DNA of 64,000 nucleotides from an uncultured Flavobacteriales bacterium (GCA_943788145.1 CALSPD010000007.1:30587-94586), one strand, 5' to 3'; positions 29,336 to 41,039 are shown, numbered from the stretch's first letter. The notes: generated from the sequence alone by a model not told the origin. A program made the numbers and translations.

Positions 29336-30697
29336 ATGTTTAAGAAGATATTGATCGCAAATCGAGGGGAAATAGCCCTTCGAATTATACGAACGTGTCG
29401 AGAAATGGGCATCAAAACGGTGGCTGTATACTCGAAGGCAGATGCTGACAGTTTGCATGTCCGCTTTGCCGATGAAGCCGTTTGTATAGGCCCAAACCCA
29501 AGTAGTGAATCCTATTTAAGGATTCCAAACATTATCGCTGCAGCTGAAATAACCAATGCTGACGCCATTCATCCTGGTTACGGGTTTCTTTCAGAAAATT
29601 CTAAATTTTCTAAAATCTGTCAAGAAAACAACATCAAATTCATTGGTGCATTACCCGAGCAAATTGACGGAATGGGCGATAAGGCGAGCGCCAAACAAAC
29701 CATGCTGGATGCAGGAGTGCCTTGTATCCCAGGATCTAAAGGTCTATTAAAGGATCTTGCAGACGCAAAAAAGACTGCCAATGAAATTGTGTTTCCTATC
29801 ATCATGAAAGCCACGGCTGGCGGTGGTGGTAAAGGAATGCGCATTTGCCGAAACGAGGCCGAAGTGGAAACTGCGTGGAGTTCTGCTAGGCAGGAAGCCA
29901 AAGCCGCTTTTGGCAACGATGGCATGTATATGGAAAAATACATTGAAGAGCCAAGACACATTGAAATTCAGATTGCCGGAGATCAATTTGGAAAGGCTTG
30001 CCACTTGAGCGAAAGAGATTGCTCCGTTCAACGAAGACATCAAAAATTAGTTGAAGAAACTCCATCGCCATTTATGACTAAGGAGTTGCGAAAGAAAATG
30101 GGTGAAGCAGCTATCAAAGCAGCAAAGGCGGTTAAATATGAGGGAGTTGGAACGGTAGAATTTCTCGTAGATAAGCACAAAAACTTCTACTTCATGGAAA
30201 TGAATACTCGGATTCAAGTCGAGCACACCATTACTGAAGAAGTCATAAACTACGACTTAATCAAAGAGCAAATCAAGATCGCAGCGGGAATGCCTATTAG
30301 CGGCAAAAACTATGAGCCTGTTGGACATGCCATTCAATGTCGAATTAATGCCGAAGATCCGCTTAACGATTTTCGACCGAGTCCGGGGAAAATCACTGAA
30401 TATCACTCCCCTGGAGGTCATGGAATAAGAATAGACACGCACGTATACGCAGGCTATACCATACCTCCATATTATGATTCAATGATTGCTAAGCTCATTA
30501 CGGTAGCTCAAACCCGAGAAGAAGCTATTACAAAAATGGAGCGCGCTTTAGGTGAATACATTATTGAAGGCGTAAAGACTACTATTCCATTTCATCAATT
30601 GTTGATGAAGCAACCTAAGTTTCGTGATGGAAAAATCACTACTAAGTTTTTGGAAGAGTGGGATTACAAAACCGATTTGAAGAATAGTATGAAATAA
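29336..30697 (+). CDS. accC: Acetyl-CoA carboxylase biotin carboxylase subunit
   Basis: [26 protein letters not shown]-grasp motifs and [10 protein letters not shown]. Confidence 0.96.
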   Translation: MFKKILIANRGEIALRIIRTCREMGIKTVAVYSKADADSLHVRFADEAVCIGPNPSSESYLRIPNIIAAAEITNADAIHPGYGFLSENSKFSKICQENNIKFIGALPEQIDGMGDKASAKQTMLDAGVPCIPGSKGLLKDLADAKKTANEIVFPIIMKATAGGGGKGMRICRNEAEVETAWSSARQEAKAAFGNDGMYMEKYIEEPRHIEIQIAGDQFGKACHLSERDCSVQRRHQKLVEETPSPFMTKELRKKMGEAAIKAAKAVKYEGVGTVEFLVDKHKNFYFMEMNTRIQVEHTITEEVINYDLIKEQIKIAAGMPISGKNYEPVGHAIQCRINAEDPLNDFRPSPGKITEYHSPGGHGIRIDTHVYAGYTIPPYYDSMIAKLITVAQTREEAITKMERALGEYIIEGVKTTIPFHQLLMKQPKFRDGKITTKFLEEWDYKTDLKNSMK

Positions 30698-30724
30698 GAA
30701 AACTACGTTTTCTAAAGAGAAAGG

Positions 30725-30758
30725 AAAGCCAGTCACGATTGCGACTGGCTTTTTTATT
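30725..30758 (+). terminator. Rho-independent (probably bidirectional) terminator between accC and the convergent T9SS gene
   Basis: AAAGCCAGTC (30725-30734) pairs with GACTGGCTTT (30743-52) and is followed by a T-run. The stop codon of the minus-strand gene (30754-56) sits in the T-tract. Confidence 0.65.
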
Positions 30759-33700
30759 TTAATAAAGATATGGTGCCTTCTTTTTTAAGCTTCAGCCCAG
30801 TCTCTGACTTATAAGTAACAACCCAATAATAGGTTCCTGTAGGAGCGACTCGATCGCTATTAGGCTCTGTTCCATCCCAACCAATGTCTAAGTCTGAGGT
30901 CTCAAACAACAATTCGCCCCAGCGATTATAGATCTCTAAATGCGGAGAAACTACTCTGTAATGAACTAGTTTAAAGTCATCATTGCGATTGTTATATCCT
31001 GGCGTAAATGCGGATGGCGCATAAATCAACGTGAAGCAATCGGCATTTACTTGGACCGAATCAATGCTTAAACACCCATTTCTATCTTGAACTTCAACTC
31101 TATAAGTAGTGAGTTCTGGATTCAAAACTACCGGATTTGGACTGAACGGGTCATCTAATCCAACTTGGGGAGACCAATAGAAAACCGCGTCACTAGGACC
31201 CGTTGGGGCTCCTCCAAGGGTTACTACGTCTATTTCACAATTTTCGATGTCATTACCCGCATCAGCTAAAGGCCGCGGAAAAACTGTGGCTCGCACCCCT
31301 GCAACCGAATGACAATTATTTGTATCGGTAACAGTTACCCTATAATCGGTGGTAGTGGTGGGATAGGCCATTGTGATCCGAGACATAGAGTCAGCCAATG
31401 TAAGGCCATCAGACCATTCATAAATGGCACCTCCAGTAGCTTCTAGCTGCATGGAATCCTTTTCACAAAGATCAAAGTCATCCGTCACTTCTATCGTTGG
31501 TAAAGGCAACACTATTACCTCGAATGATGTCGTAGCCTTACAACCACGCTTATTTACTACGCTAACCGTATATGTCTTGTTGACTTCTGGATAAACAACA
31601 GCCGAATCCTGATCAATTGACAAGATCTTGCTGTTTGGAGTCCATAAATATGACTCGTAATTATTAGTTACCTTAATAACGCCAGAATCACCAAAACATA
31701 TCGGTAGTAAAGGCTCAACGAGTTTAATCACAGGCAAGCTATCTACCGTTACTTTCATCCGGGCTGAATCTTTGCAGCCCTGAGAAGAAGTTACCGTAAC
31801 GAAGTACATTTTCGTTTCAGTTGGTGACGCGATAGGATTGGCTGCACTTGAATTATTCAAGCTCCCACCTGGTGACCATGAATACTGTGACCCAGGAGGT
31901 CCAGTTGGTGTTCCGCCAATTTTGATTGAATTTCCTTCGCAAATTCGAACATCGGGTCCGGCAGCCGTCAACGGCAATGGGAAAACCGTAATCGTAATAT
32001 CATCCGGTTCGGAGCATCCATTTGCATCGGTAACTGTAACAGTGAAGGTCTGCGATGATACGGGATACGCCATTGGATTGGGCACATTAATATCACTCAA
32101 GAATAGTGGTGTGCTCCATTCGTAACTAACACCGCCCGTAGCATTTAAGGTAATGGTATCCTGCTGACAAATACTCACATCTGGACCCGCATTCGCAGGT
32201 GTTAATGGGAAAACGTTTAAAATGGCACTTGAGCTTGATGCACAGCCATTGACGTCAGTAACTGTAACGGTATACTGCGTGGTTTGTGTCGGGAATGCAT
32301 TTGGCGTAGCGGAATTAGATCCTGTTAAGGAAGAGTCAGGGGACCATTCGAAGCTAACCCCACCAGAAGCTGATAAACCTAACGTTTCACCCACACAAAT
32401 TGTAGTTGTTATTGGACTAATAACAGCCGTTGGATCCGTTAACACAGTAACAGTAACCTGATCAATACTCACACATCCATTTCCATCCGTCACATAAACC
32501 TGAATTGGATACGTTCCTGGATTGATTCCAATTGCCATGAAATAAGGATTCGGCACCAAGGAATCATTCAGATTGTTATATGGCCAATCGTAAGATGCTC
32601 CAGCTGGTCCGGTCGGGTTTCCTCCCAATTGAATAGAGTCATTGAGACAAACATCCTTATCGGGACCCGCATTGGCAGGAGGTAGAACATTAACAAAAAT
32701 GGTCAAGGAATCGGTGAATGAACAACTGTTAGCATCCGTCCCCTTTACGAAATACTCTTTGGTTACAGATGGAGATGCATTTGGATTCGCAATGTTCGGG
32801 TTGCTCAACCCATTACTTGGAGTCCATTGATAGCTAATAGCGCCAGTAGCGTTTAATCCTGTTGTCCCACCATTGCAAATGGTATCATTTGGCCCTGCTT
32901 CCACCACAGGAAGAGGATAGAAGTCAACGTTTATGACGGCTGTATCAGAACAGGAATTCGCGTCAGTCACAGTTACGATGAAGGAAGTATTGCCTGGAGG
33001 TCCAGCTTTTGGATTTGAAATGGCTGAATCATTGAGAAAAACGGCATTACTCCATGCGTATGTTACACCTCCAGACACCTGAAGTTGCACCGAATCATTC
33101 AAACATTGTTGGGTGTATGGAGTGACGTTAATTGTTGGTAGTGGATTGACAAAAACAGTAACCGAATCATAATCAACACAGCCCTGAGTAGATGTTACTG
33201 TTACAAAGAATAGTGAGTCTTGCGTTGGAAATGCTTTTGGATTCGTAGCCGTACTGTCCGTTAAAAGTGTTCCATATGACCAATCATATGTTCCGATCAA
33301 ACTTGACGTAGGGTTTCCTCCTAAAGTGGTTGAATCACCTATGCAAATGGTCTTATTGTTGCCGGCCTCAACGATAGGGAGAAGATTCACAATAGCTAGA
33401 ACATTGTCAAAATTCTGGCAACCATTGATCGGCTCGGTAACGGTAAGAAAAATAAAATAAGTGTCATCACCGGTTAAAATTGGATTGGCACTTGTTGAAT
33501 CATCTAAGTCTAAGCCTGGCGACCAAGATAAGGAGTTGCCCAATGCCGTTGTTGGGCTTCCCCCTAAGGTAATGGTATCTTCTTGACAAATAATAATTGT
33601 ATCCGCTCCAGCATCAACAAAGGGCAATGCAAACACTGTAATGAAAGCTGTGTCTAATGTGGTACAACCCGTTATCGTATCTGTAACAGCCACTACTACC

Positions 33701-35520
33701 ATAGTGTCTTGCGTTACAGTAATAAAGGGATTCGCCACAGTTGAATCGACAAATAAACCTCCCGGCATCCATATATAGGTTGCATTTATTGGACCTGTTG
33801 GACTACCTCCCATTTGGAATTGTCCATAAGCACAGACTGTAGTATCATTCCCGGCATTCGCGACCGGGGGTGTCTTAATAGAAACATCAACCGAATCATT
33901 ATACGAGCAACCAAAGGTGTCAACCAGATAAATATAATACGTGGTGAAAATGGTTGGGGCCGCCATAGGATTCGGGAAAGTTGACGCGCTTAAATTGCCG
34001 CTTGGGGACCAAAGAATAGAATCAAAATTTGTGGCAGTTGGGTTTCCGCCTATCATAACTGAATCGCCTAAGCAAACCGCAGTATCCGGTCCCGGATCAA
34101 GTGCCGGAGGCGCAAAAATGAAGACAAACATGGTGTCTGTGAATTGGCAGCCTAGCGTATCGGTCACAACAACTTCAAAACTTGTACTTGCAAATACAGT
34201 GGCCGTTGGGTTTTGAAGGGTGTCATCATCCAAAAGCGATGAATTGGACCATAGTACACTAGCTGAGGCTGGAGCCGTAGGCGCGCCACCAATAACAGCG
34301 CTGGCGCCATTACATATTGTTGTATCGGGACCCGCGCTTATCGGAGTTATAGGGAAAACACTGATATCGACCGTATCGGTGTTCGAACAAGAATTTACGT
34401 CAGTTACAGAAACAACGTAGCTAAATGTACCGCTCTGGGTAAAATATCCAACAGGATTTGCTATCGTACTATCGTTTAAATAAATTCCTGGAGACCATTC
34501 AAATAATGTTCCGGTAGCCGAAGTCGGACTGCCTCCCAAACTATATTGCATTAGGCCGCAAATGGTAGTATCGGGGCCAGCATTCACAATTGGAGCCGCA
34601 TTCATAACTACAGACAAGAACGATGTATCATTCAAGTTGAAAGTGTCGTTAAGGCCGTTAGGCATAGAAGAGTATGCGCTAATTACATCCCCCGTAGTCA
34701 ATAAAACATTCCCGATGCAAACAATCGTGTCCTCTCCTGGACCAAGTGTGTCAAGAAAAGTATATGCGGAAAACAGCTGACTGCCATTCAATGTCGTATA
34801 AATGGTTACAGAGTCAATGGGAAGAATCCCGAAGTTCGACAGTTTTAAGCAGATGTTACTCGAATCACCTTGACAAAAACCGTTGGACGACTGAATACTA
34901 TCGGTTCCCGCATCAATGATTTGAATACCGTGGAAAGTAAAGTCATCAACTGCAAAGTCATTAAAGGCATTTGCCGTGATGAACATGATTCGAAGTTTGA
35001 TTACCTGACCGATAAACGAACTCAACCCAATGGTATCATACACCCATGTGTTGGCCGAGGTATTATTTGGGCCGGTATAGGCCACACTCCATGTTGCCCC
35101 ACTATCAGTACTAATAAGAACATCAAATGTATCGGGGATCGTTGTGGCTGTCAATTGATGGTGCCAAAATGTAAACCCAGGAGATTGCACATTCGTTAGG
35201 TCGATAAAAGGAGATTCGAGTAAAGCTGTGTCAGGATTACACGGTGCTGAAGATTCCACATAGGCGTAGACCCCGCTGCTTAATCCGGGATTATGATCAA
35301 CCGAGGGTCCTGTACTTCCTGTTGGAGTCCCCGCTGTGTCTGGCCTAAAGGCAATATTGCCTTGATTGGACCATCCGCTTGAAATATTGCACGCAACGCT
35401 GCAAACTTCGCTACAAAGATTCCATGTTTCAAGATCATCGTAATAGGGAAAGGTGTCAATGACCTGAGCCCCAAGATTCAACGAAACGACCGAGAAGAAT
35501 ACTATTATTAATGAACGCAT
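30754..35520 (-). CDS. T9SS type-B CTD surface protein with N-terminal MAM-like domain and about 15 tandem repeats (1,588 aa)
   Basis: Start taken at MRSLIIVFFSVVSLNLGAQ, which avoids overlap with dxs. MAM-like features are GW.N...F....GTPTGSTGPSVDH...GVYAYVESS...LESP...FWHH...FAVDDFTF. The repeats are (A/D)GPD..IC.G....LGG.PT...Y.WSP...L.....NP...P...T.Y.V.VTD..GC. CTD is FTPGYNNRNDDF...IYNRWGELLF...WDG...GTYYWV. Confidence 0.85.
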   Translation of the reverse strand: MRSLIIVFFSVVSLNLGAQVIDTFPYYDDLETWNLCSEVCSVACNISSGWSNQGNIAFRPDTAGTPTGSTGPSVDHNPGLSSGVYAYVESSAPCNPDTALLESPFIDLTNVQSPGFTFWHHQLTATTIPDTFDVLISTDSGATWSVAYTGPNNTSANTWVYDTIGLSSFIGQVIKLRIMFITANAFNDFAVDDFTFHGIQIIDAGTDSIQSSNGFCQGDSSNICLKLSNFGILPIDSVTIYTTLNGSQLFSAYTFLDTLGPGEDTIVCIGNVLLTTGDVISAYSSMPNGLNDTFNLNDTSFLSVVMNAAPIVNAGPDTTICGLMQYSLGGSPTSATGTLFEWSPGIYLNDSTIANPVGYFTQSGTFSYVVSVTDVNSCSNTDTVDISVFPITPISAGPDTTICNGASAVIGGAPTAPASASVLWSNSSLLDDDTLQNPTATVFASTSFEVVVTDTLGCQFTDTMFVFIFAPPALDPGPDTAVCLGDSVMIGGNPTATNFDSILWSPSGNLSASTFPNPMAAPTIFTTYYIYLVDTFGCSYNDSVDVSIKTPPVANAGNDTTVCAYGQFQMGGSPTGPINATYIWMPGGLFVDSTVANPFITVTQDTMVVVAVTDTITGCTTLDTAFITVFALPFVDAGADTIIICQEDTITLGGSPTTALGNSLSWSPGLDLDDSTSANPILTGDDTYFIFLTVTEPINGCQNFDNVLAIVNLLPIVEAGNNKTICIGDSTTLGGNPTSSLIGTYDWSYGTLLTDSTATNPKAFPTQDSLFFVTVTSTQGCVDYDSVTVFVNPLPTINVTPYTQQCLNDSVQLQVSGGVTYAWSNAVFLNDSAISNPKAGPPGNTSFIVTVTDANSCSDTAVINVDFYPLPVVEAGPNDTICNGGTTGLNATGAISYQWTPSNGLSNPNIANPNASPSVTKEYFVKGTDANSCSFTDSLTIFVNVLPPANAGPDKDVCLNDSIQLGGNPTGPAGASYDWPYNNLNDSLVPNPYFMAIGINPGTYPIQVYVTDGNGCVSIDQVTVTVLTDPTAVISPITTTICVGETLGLSASGGVSFEWSPDSSLTGSNSATPNAFPTQTTQYTVTVTDVNGCASSSSAILNVFPLTPANAGPDVSICQQDTITLNATGGVSYEWSTPLFLSDINVPNPMAYPVSSQTFTVTVTDANGCSEPDDITITVFPLPLTAAGPDVRICEGNSIKIGGTPTGPPGSQYSWSPGGSLNNSSAANPIASPTETKMYFVTVTSSQGCKDSARMKVTVDSLPVIKLVEPLLPICFGDSGVIKVTNNYESYLWTPNSKILSIDQDSAVVYPEVNKTYTVSVVNKRGCKATTSFEVIVLPLPTIEVTDDFDLCEKDSMQLEATGGAIYEWSDGLTLADSMSRITMAYPTTTTDYRVTVTDTNNCHSVAGVRATVFPRPLADAGNDIENCEIDVVTLGGAPTGPSDAVFYWSPQVGLDDPFSPNPVVLNPELTTYRVEVQDRNGCLSIDSVQVNADCFTLIYAPSAFTPGYNNRNDDFKLVHYRVVSPHLEIYNRWGELLFETSDLDIGWDGTEPNSDRVAPTGTYYWVVTYKSETGLKLKKEGTISLLK

Positions 35521-35575
35521 TAGGTTCTTTGGTTCTGTTCGAAAAAGACGTGCAAAAGTAATAAGAGATGCCGGG

Positions 35576-37531
35576 CTAGCTAGCAATTCCCGAAGACTTT
35601 GTAGTCTTTACAGCCGACATCATGTTTAGACCTTCTCGAACGATGGCATCAGCATCATACTGACACTCGGCATAGAGTTGAGATTGCGAACCGTGTTCAA
35701 TAATTTTATCTGGAATCCCGAGTCGAACCACTTGAGATTTATATCCGTTATCTACCATAAATTCAATAACAGCAGATCCAAACCCACCCTGAATGCAGCC
35801 ATCTTCGACTGTTATGACATGATTAAACTTTCCAAACACCTCATGAAGCAGAATCTCATCGATAGGCTTCACAAAACGGAGGTCGTACACCGCGGCACTG
35901 CAACCTTCTGCTTGCAGCTTTTCGGCTGCGATTAAGGCTTCGTTTCCGATGGGGCCAATGGTCAAAATAGCGACATCTTCTCCATTTTTAACTTTACGCC
36001 CAGTTCCGATTACCACCTTTTTCATTGGTGTTTTCCACTCTGGCATAACGCCTTCCCCTCTAGGAAACCGAATTACAAAGGGCAACGATTGCTCCTCCAA
36101 CTGGGCTGTATACATTAAGTTCCGAAGCTCTTCCTCGTTCATTGGAGAGGAAATTACAAGGTTTGGAATACATCTCATGTACGCAAGATCGTAGGCGCCA
36201 TGGTGCGTTGGTCCGTCTGCACCAGCCACACCTGCTCGATCCAAACAAAAAATAACGGGTAGCTTTTGAATAGCAACATCGTGTATTACTTGATCATAGG
36301 CACGCTGCATGAAAGAGGAATAGATGTTACAGAATGGCCTCATCCCTTGTGACGCCATCCCTGCCGAAAAAGTCACCGCATGTTGTTCTGCAATTCCTAC
36401 ATCAAAAGCTCTTTCGGGCATTGCTTTCATCATGATATTCAATGAACTTCCTGAAGGCATAGCAGGAGTTACACCAACTATTTTTTCATTCTTCTCGGCC
36501 AGTTCCACGACAGTATGTCCAAAAACATCTTGATATTTTGGCGGCTGTGGAGCATTTGGCGTGACCTTTATTATTTCGCCCGTATCCTTATTGAAAATTC
36601 CTGGTGCATGCCATTGGGTAGGACTGCCTTCCTCAGCCGGCCCATAACCCTTGCCCTTTTTGGTAATACAGTGAAGAATCTTAGGCCCGGGTATATCACG
36701 CAAATCGGCCATGACTTTGGCCATGTGAACCACGTCATGCCCATCTATTGGGCCGAAATACCTAAAATTCAAGCTCTCAAATAAATTGGAGTGCTGCAAT
36801 AGAGCAGTTTTTATGCTGTTTTCAACTTTAGCTACTATGTCACGAGCATTAGGTCCAAAACGACTCATTTTACCCAGTAAATGCCACACTTCATCTTTCA
36901 CCTTATTGTATGTGTGGGAAGTTGTGATGTCGGTCAAATAATCTTTCAGGGCTCCAACATTCGGATCAATGCTCATGCAATTGTCGTTGAGAACCACAAG
37001 CAAATTTGTGTTTTCTACTCCTGCATGGTTCATCCCCTCGAAGGCCAAGCCAGCAGTCATTGCTCCATCACCTATGACTGCAACATGTTGCCTTTGAAGA
37101 TCGCCTTTGGATCTACTCGCCACGGCCATGCCCAACGCTGCAGAAATTGATGTTGAAGAGTGTCCTACTCCAAAGGTGTCATATTCACTTTCCGAAATTT
37201 TTGGAAAGCCACTTATACCTTTATACTTTCTATTCGTATGAAAAACTTCTCTTCGACCCGTTAAGATTTTATGACCATAAGCTTGATGGCCAACGTCCCA
37301 CACTATTCGATCATAAGGTGTATGGAACACATAATGTAATGCTACCGTCATTTCAACCACTCCGAGGCTTGCTCCGAAATGACCGCCCTTTTGAGAGACG
37401 ACATCTATGATGAACTCTCTTAGGTCGTTGGCAACTTCAGGTAGCTCCTCCACTTTGAATTTATCCCTTAAATCCTTGGGAAATTCAATTTGTGAGAGGT
37501 GTGGTCCTGGATTAAAACTTTGATCTGACAT
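35576..37531 (-). CDS. dxs: 1-deoxy-D-xylulose-5-phosphate synthase
   Basis: [12 protein letters not shown], the [11 protein letters not shown] motif, and transketolase-like C-terminal domains. Confidence 0.95.
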   Translation of the reverse strand: MSDQSFNPGPHLSQIEFPKDLRDKFKVEELPEVANDLREFIIDVVSQKGGHFGASLGVVEMTVALHYVFHTPYDRIVWDVGHQAYGHKILTGRREVFHTNRKYKGISGFPKISESEYDTFGVGHSSTSISAALGMAVASRSKGDLQRQHVAVIGDGAMTAGLAFEGMNHAGVENTNLLVVLNDNCMSIDPNVGALKDYLTDITTSHTYNKVKDEVWHLLGKMSRFGPNARDIVAKVENSIKTALLQHSNLFESLNFRYFGPIDGHDVVHMAKVMADLRDIPGPKILHCITKKGKGYGPAEEGSPTQWHAPGIFNKDTGEIIKVTPNAPQPPKYQDVFGHTVVELAEKNEKIVGVTPAMPSGSSLNIMMKAMPERAFDVGIAEQHAVTFSAGMASQGMRPFCNIYSSFMQRAYDQVIHDVAIQKLPVIFCLDRAGVAGADGPTHHGAYDLAYMRCIPNLVISSPMNEEELRNLMYTAQLEEQSLPFVIRFPRGEGVMPEWKTPMKKVVIGTGRKVKNGEDVAILTIGPIGNEALIAAEKLQAEGCSAAVYDLRFVKPIDEILLHEVFGKFNHVITVEDGCIQGGFGSAVIEFMVDNGYKSQVVRLGIPDKIIEHGSQSQLYAECQYDADAIVREGLNMMSAVKTTKSSGIAS

Positions 37532-37622
37532 GTTCACTTATTCTATACGATAACATCTTAGGAAAACATTTGTTCTGAACTGCTGCTATTCAAATAACTT
37601 ATTTCTCCAATGACAAAGAAAA

Positions 37623-38315
37623 TTAAACGATTACTTCTGAAAGAATGCTTTCGAACATTTTTCGACCATCAACATTTCCGAGTTCTGGATCTGCCGCCCT
37701 TTCTGGGTGGGGCATCATTCCAAACACATTGCGGCCAACATTGCAGATTCCTGCTATGTTCTCAAGAGACCCGTTTGAGTTCGATTCAGCATTAATATTT
37801 CCATTTACATCGCAGTAGCGAAACAAAACTTGATCGCTATCATTCAAACTTTTAATTAAATCCGATGGGCCGAAATAGTTACCCTCACCATGAGCAATCG
37901 GTATTTTCAACACCTCCCCTTTTTCGATAGCACGGGTTAAAATCGAATTTGTTGATTCCGTCTTTAGATAAACGTTTTCGCAAATGAATTGCTGACTTAT
38001 ATTATGCTGAAGCGTTCCTGGAAGTAGTTTTGATTCGCATAATATTTGAAATCCATTACAGACGCCAAATACATATCCACCTCGATTTGCATGCGCAACA
38101 ACCTCCTCCATAATAGGTGAAAACCTTGCTATGGCTCCAGAACGTAAGTAGTCTCCGTATGAGAATCCCCCCGGAACTACAATAAAATCACACCCTTTAA
38201 TATCGCGATCCTTGTGCCACAATCGTTCAACATGCTGGCCCATAAGAGACTCAAGCACATATATCATGTCTTGGTCGCAGTTCGATCCAGGGAAAGTTAC
38301 AACTCCAAATTTCAT
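37623..38315 (-). CDS. purQ: Phosphoribosylformylglycinamidine synthase subunit PurQ
   Basis: MKFGVVTFPGSNCD, GVCNGFQ nucleophile elbow and MPHPER. Confidence 0.93.
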   Translation of the reverse strand: MKFGVVTFPGSNCDQDMIYVLESLMGQHVERLWHKDRDIKGCDFIVVPGGFSYGDYLRSGAIARFSPIMEEVVAHANRGGYVFGVCNGFQILCESKLLPGTLQHNISQQFICENVYLKTESTNSILTRAIEKGEVLKIPIAHGEGNYFGPSDLIKSLNDSDQVLFRYCDVNGNINAESNSNGSLENIAGICNVGRNVFGMMPHPERAADPELGNVDGRKMFESILSEVIV

Positions 38316-38364
38316 AAGCTATTTTTGAGAATGCCAAAGGTAAAAATACCCACAACAGAAGAGG

Positions 38365-39321
38365 CTAGGCCAATAGGTTTATTAGACAAACTGCTAACAA
38401 ACCAAAGAATAGACCCCTAGCTATCCATTTATTCTGAATAAGTACAAAGTTTTTTGACAAAATAACCACACTCGGAACCATGGTGGAAATCACAATAAAT
38501 TCAATTGATCCTAAAAAAACAGACAAAGAGAGCGCTATGAAAAACATCATAATCCAATGCCATTTTCTCCTTTCACGCAGGGTAGATGAGCTTGCTGTCA
38601 ATGCGTTTCCAAATAGAATTGAAACAAGCATCAAGGTCAAAAAACTGATTTGAGTAGGAGAAATGTTCATAAGAGAATCGGACACGACTAGCAAATCATT
38701 GAACGCTTGAACCTCTGTTGGGTTAAACAGAAAAACCAATCCAAAGACCAAATAAATCGGGGTTAATAAGCCGAGTGCTGCCAGCAACAAACGCTTTACA
38801 CTGACCACTCCCGTTAACAAAAGCAAAATAATTAGCGAAAAAAACATGGGAAAATAGAGGGGCTGAACTAGGATTAACCCGCCTGACAAAAACGAAGCAT
38901 TAAATAGCGCTCGATCAGTGTGGACCTCGTTTAAAACCTTGAGTGAATAACTCAAAACTATAATCACCACTGTCGTAGCGACCATGGCTAAAGGTGATCT
39001 GAACGCCTCTGGTAAGCAGAGTAAAAGGATTACAAAGATTAAAATGGGAATATTGGACAGCTTTGTAACCAACCCTTCTTGTTGAATTATCCGGTTGAGC
39101 AAAAAGGCATTGACAATAGCCAAGGGATAAAACATCAAATAATTTAGCCAACTAGGCAACATCGGACCTTTTGCTCCCATCAACGCAGTTAGGAATGGGG
39201 CAGAGTGGAAAAGAGCCATTTCTTGATGGCTAACCATTCCAAAATAAATTGAGATGAGTGCCAATAATACAATTGACACTACGGTTAAAACGCCTTCATT
39301 TTTTCGTAAAAAAACTATCAA
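38365..39321 (-). CDS. Polytopic inner-membrane protein of unknown function
   Basis: 318 aa, about 9-10 hydrophobic spans, no recognisable catalytic motif. Confidence 0.7.
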   Translation of the reverse strand: MIVFLRKNEGVLTVVSIVLLALISIYFGMVSHQEMALFHSAPFLTALMGAKGPMLPSWLNYLMFYPLAIVNAFLLNRIIQQEGLVTKLSNIPILIFVILLLCLPEAFRSPLAMVATTVVIIVLSYSLKVLNEVHTDRALFNASFLSGGLILVQPLYFPMFFSLIILLLLTGVVSVKRLLLAALGLLTPIYLVFGLVFLFNPTEVQAFNDLLVVSDSLMNISPTQISFLTLMLVSILFGNALTASSSTLRERRKWHWIMMFFIALSLSVFLGSIEFIVISTMVPSVVILSKNFVLIQNKWIARGLFFGLLAVCLINLLA

Positions 39322-39402
39322 TCCAAAAATCCTTTAGGCAAACTTAGTTTGTGATGAACGTCATTTCGAGTTGATTCATAAATTCGCGTAAAGTTTTTAC
39401 TC

Positions 39403-39588
39403 ATGAGAATAAACGAAGCACTCGATTGGTTAGCTGTAATTTTTACAGAGACATTTAAGATTTTAGAAGCCTTAGGCGATGGTTTTAATTGGGTGATTAT
39501 AGCTGTGATGTTCATTATGGGTATTATCTGGCTTAAAACCATGAGCGATTACAACAAGGAAGCCGCGAAAAATGGCACGTTGAAATAG
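39403..39588 (+). CDS. Small single-pass membrane protein, function unknown
   Basis: 61 aa with one clear TM segment (FNWVIIAVMFIMGIIWL). Preferred over the overlapping antisense 74-aa ORF. Confidence 0.5.
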   Translation: MRINEALDWLAVIFTETFKILEALGDGFNWVIIAVMFIMGIIWLKTMSDYNKEAAKNGTLK

Positions 39589-39617
39589 TCAACTTAGCCT
39601 TCCCTAAATCGTAATTT

Positions 39618-40913
39618 TTAATTGGCTTCTTTTAGATCGAACCCAATATCCTTGCGATAGGTCATTCCTTCAAATCCGATCTTTTGAACTTCGCTGTAAC
39701 TCACATTTAACGCTTCCTCTAGGGTTTTTCCATAAGAGGTAACCGTCATTACACGACCTCCATTTGTAATTAATTCGTTCTCGACCCAATGCGTTCCGGC
39801 CTGAAAAATCAGCGATTGTTGAACGCTCTCTAAGCCCATAATTCGCTTTCCCTTTTCATATGTTTCTGGATATCCCCCTGACACCAGCATGATTGACGCC
39901 ACCGAATCGGGATACACCTCAAGTTCAACTTCGGTAAGATTCCTTTCTCCACATTTGATTAGTGCTTCAAGAAAATCCGATTTGATTCGCGGCATTATGC
40001 TTTCCGTCTCCGGGTCTCCCATTCGACAGTTGTATTCAATCACAAAAGGATCGCCATTTACATTCATTAGACCGACAAAAATGAACCCTAAATAGTCGAT
40101 ACCATCCTTTTTCAATCCATCGATAGTTGGTTTAATGATGCGGTCATTGACTTTAGTCAAAAATGTTTCGTCCGCAAATGGAACGGGGCTTATGGAGCCC
40201 ATTCCACCCGTATTTAGTCCTGTATCGCCCTCTCCTATACGCTTGTAATCTTTTGCAGAAGGAAGGTGCAGGTATGTTTTTCCATCGGTTAGAACGAACA
40301 CGCTCAGTTCGATGCCTTTTAAAAACTCCTCAATTACAATTACATCTCCAGCCACACCAAACTTACCGCCCTTCAGCATTTCATCAATGGCAGACTTCGC
40401 CTTGTCTAAATCATCAAGGATCAAAACGCCTTTACCCCCAGCTAATCCATCTGCCTTAAGCACGTATGGTGGTTCCATCGAGTTCAAAAAACTCTTGGCA
40501 GCTGCAATTTGATTGATATTGAATCGACCATATCTAGCCGTTGGAATTTGGTGCTTTTCCATAAACTCCTTTGAAAAGGCCTTGCTGCCTTCAAGTTTTG
40601 CACCTTGTTTTCCAGGCCCAATGATTAGGACATTTTCTGTATCCGAATCACTCTCTATATATTCTCGAATTCCCTTTACTAAAGGTGCTTCTGGGCCCAC
40701 AATGAGTAACTGCACATCATGCTCAATAATGGCCGCCTTTACCGCAGGGAAATCGGTTTCTCGAATGTTAAGATTTTGACCTATCAATCGAGTGCCCCCA
40801 TTACCTGGAGCAATGAATAGTTTTCCGAGCTTTTCGCTTTGCGCGATTTTCCATGCTATTGCGTGTTCTCGTCCACCGCTACCTAACAACAAGACATTTA
40901 GTTTCTCCATCAA
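39618..40913 (-). CDS. purD: Phosphoribosylamine-glycine ligase
   Basis: VLLLGSGGREHA start, ATP-grasp domain and EYNCRMGDPE. Confidence 0.95.
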   Translation of the reverse strand: MMEKLNVLLLGSGGREHAIAWKIAQSEKLGKLFIAPGNGGTRLIGQNLNIRETDFPAVKAAIIEHDVQLLIVGPEAPLVKGIREYIESDSDTENVLIIGPGKQGAKLEGSKAFSKEFMEKHQIPTARYGRFNINQIAAAKSFLNSMEPPYVLKADGLAGGKGVLILDDLDKAKSAIDEMLKGGKFGVAGDVIVIEEFLKGIELSVFVLTDGKTYLHLPSAKDYKRIGEGDTGLNTGGMGSISPVPFADETFLTKVNDRIIKPTIDGLKKDGIDYLGFIFVGLMNVNGDPFVIEYNCRMGDPETESIMPRIKSDFLEALIKCGERNLTEVELEVYPDSVASIMLVSGGYPETYEKGKRIMGLESVQQSLIFQAGTHWVENELITNGGRVMTVTSYGKTLEEALNVSYSEVQKIGFEGMTYRKDIGFDLKEAN

Positions 40914-41013
40914 AATGGTTTTTCAAAAAGATGCAAAGATTACCACTTTGAAATGGTAAATCGTTGGCTAATTCCAAATTGCTTTATATTGAAATCTAAT
41001 CGGTCAAGCAGCA

Positions 41014-41039
41014 TAAAAAAAGGGCGCTTTGGCGCCCTT
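41014..41039 (-). terminator. Rho-independent terminator after the redoxin gene
   Basis: The minus-strand RNA is AGGGCGCC-AAA-GCGCCCU followed by U7. Confidence 0.65.

Noticed and set aside
35521-35586. N-terminal extension of the 1,610-aa ORF overlapping the dxs 3' end
   Set aside because: The internal ATG at 35520 is followed directly by a signal peptide (MRSLIIVFFSVVSLNLGAQ). The extension has no such feature and would overlap dxs by 11 nt.
39318-39542. 74-aa minus-strand ORF overlapping the 61-aa plus-strand ORF
   Set aside because: The plus-strand product has a clean TM helix and a sensible start. The minus-strand product would be an odd extension overlapping the upstream gene's start. 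Only one can be real, and confidence in either is modest.
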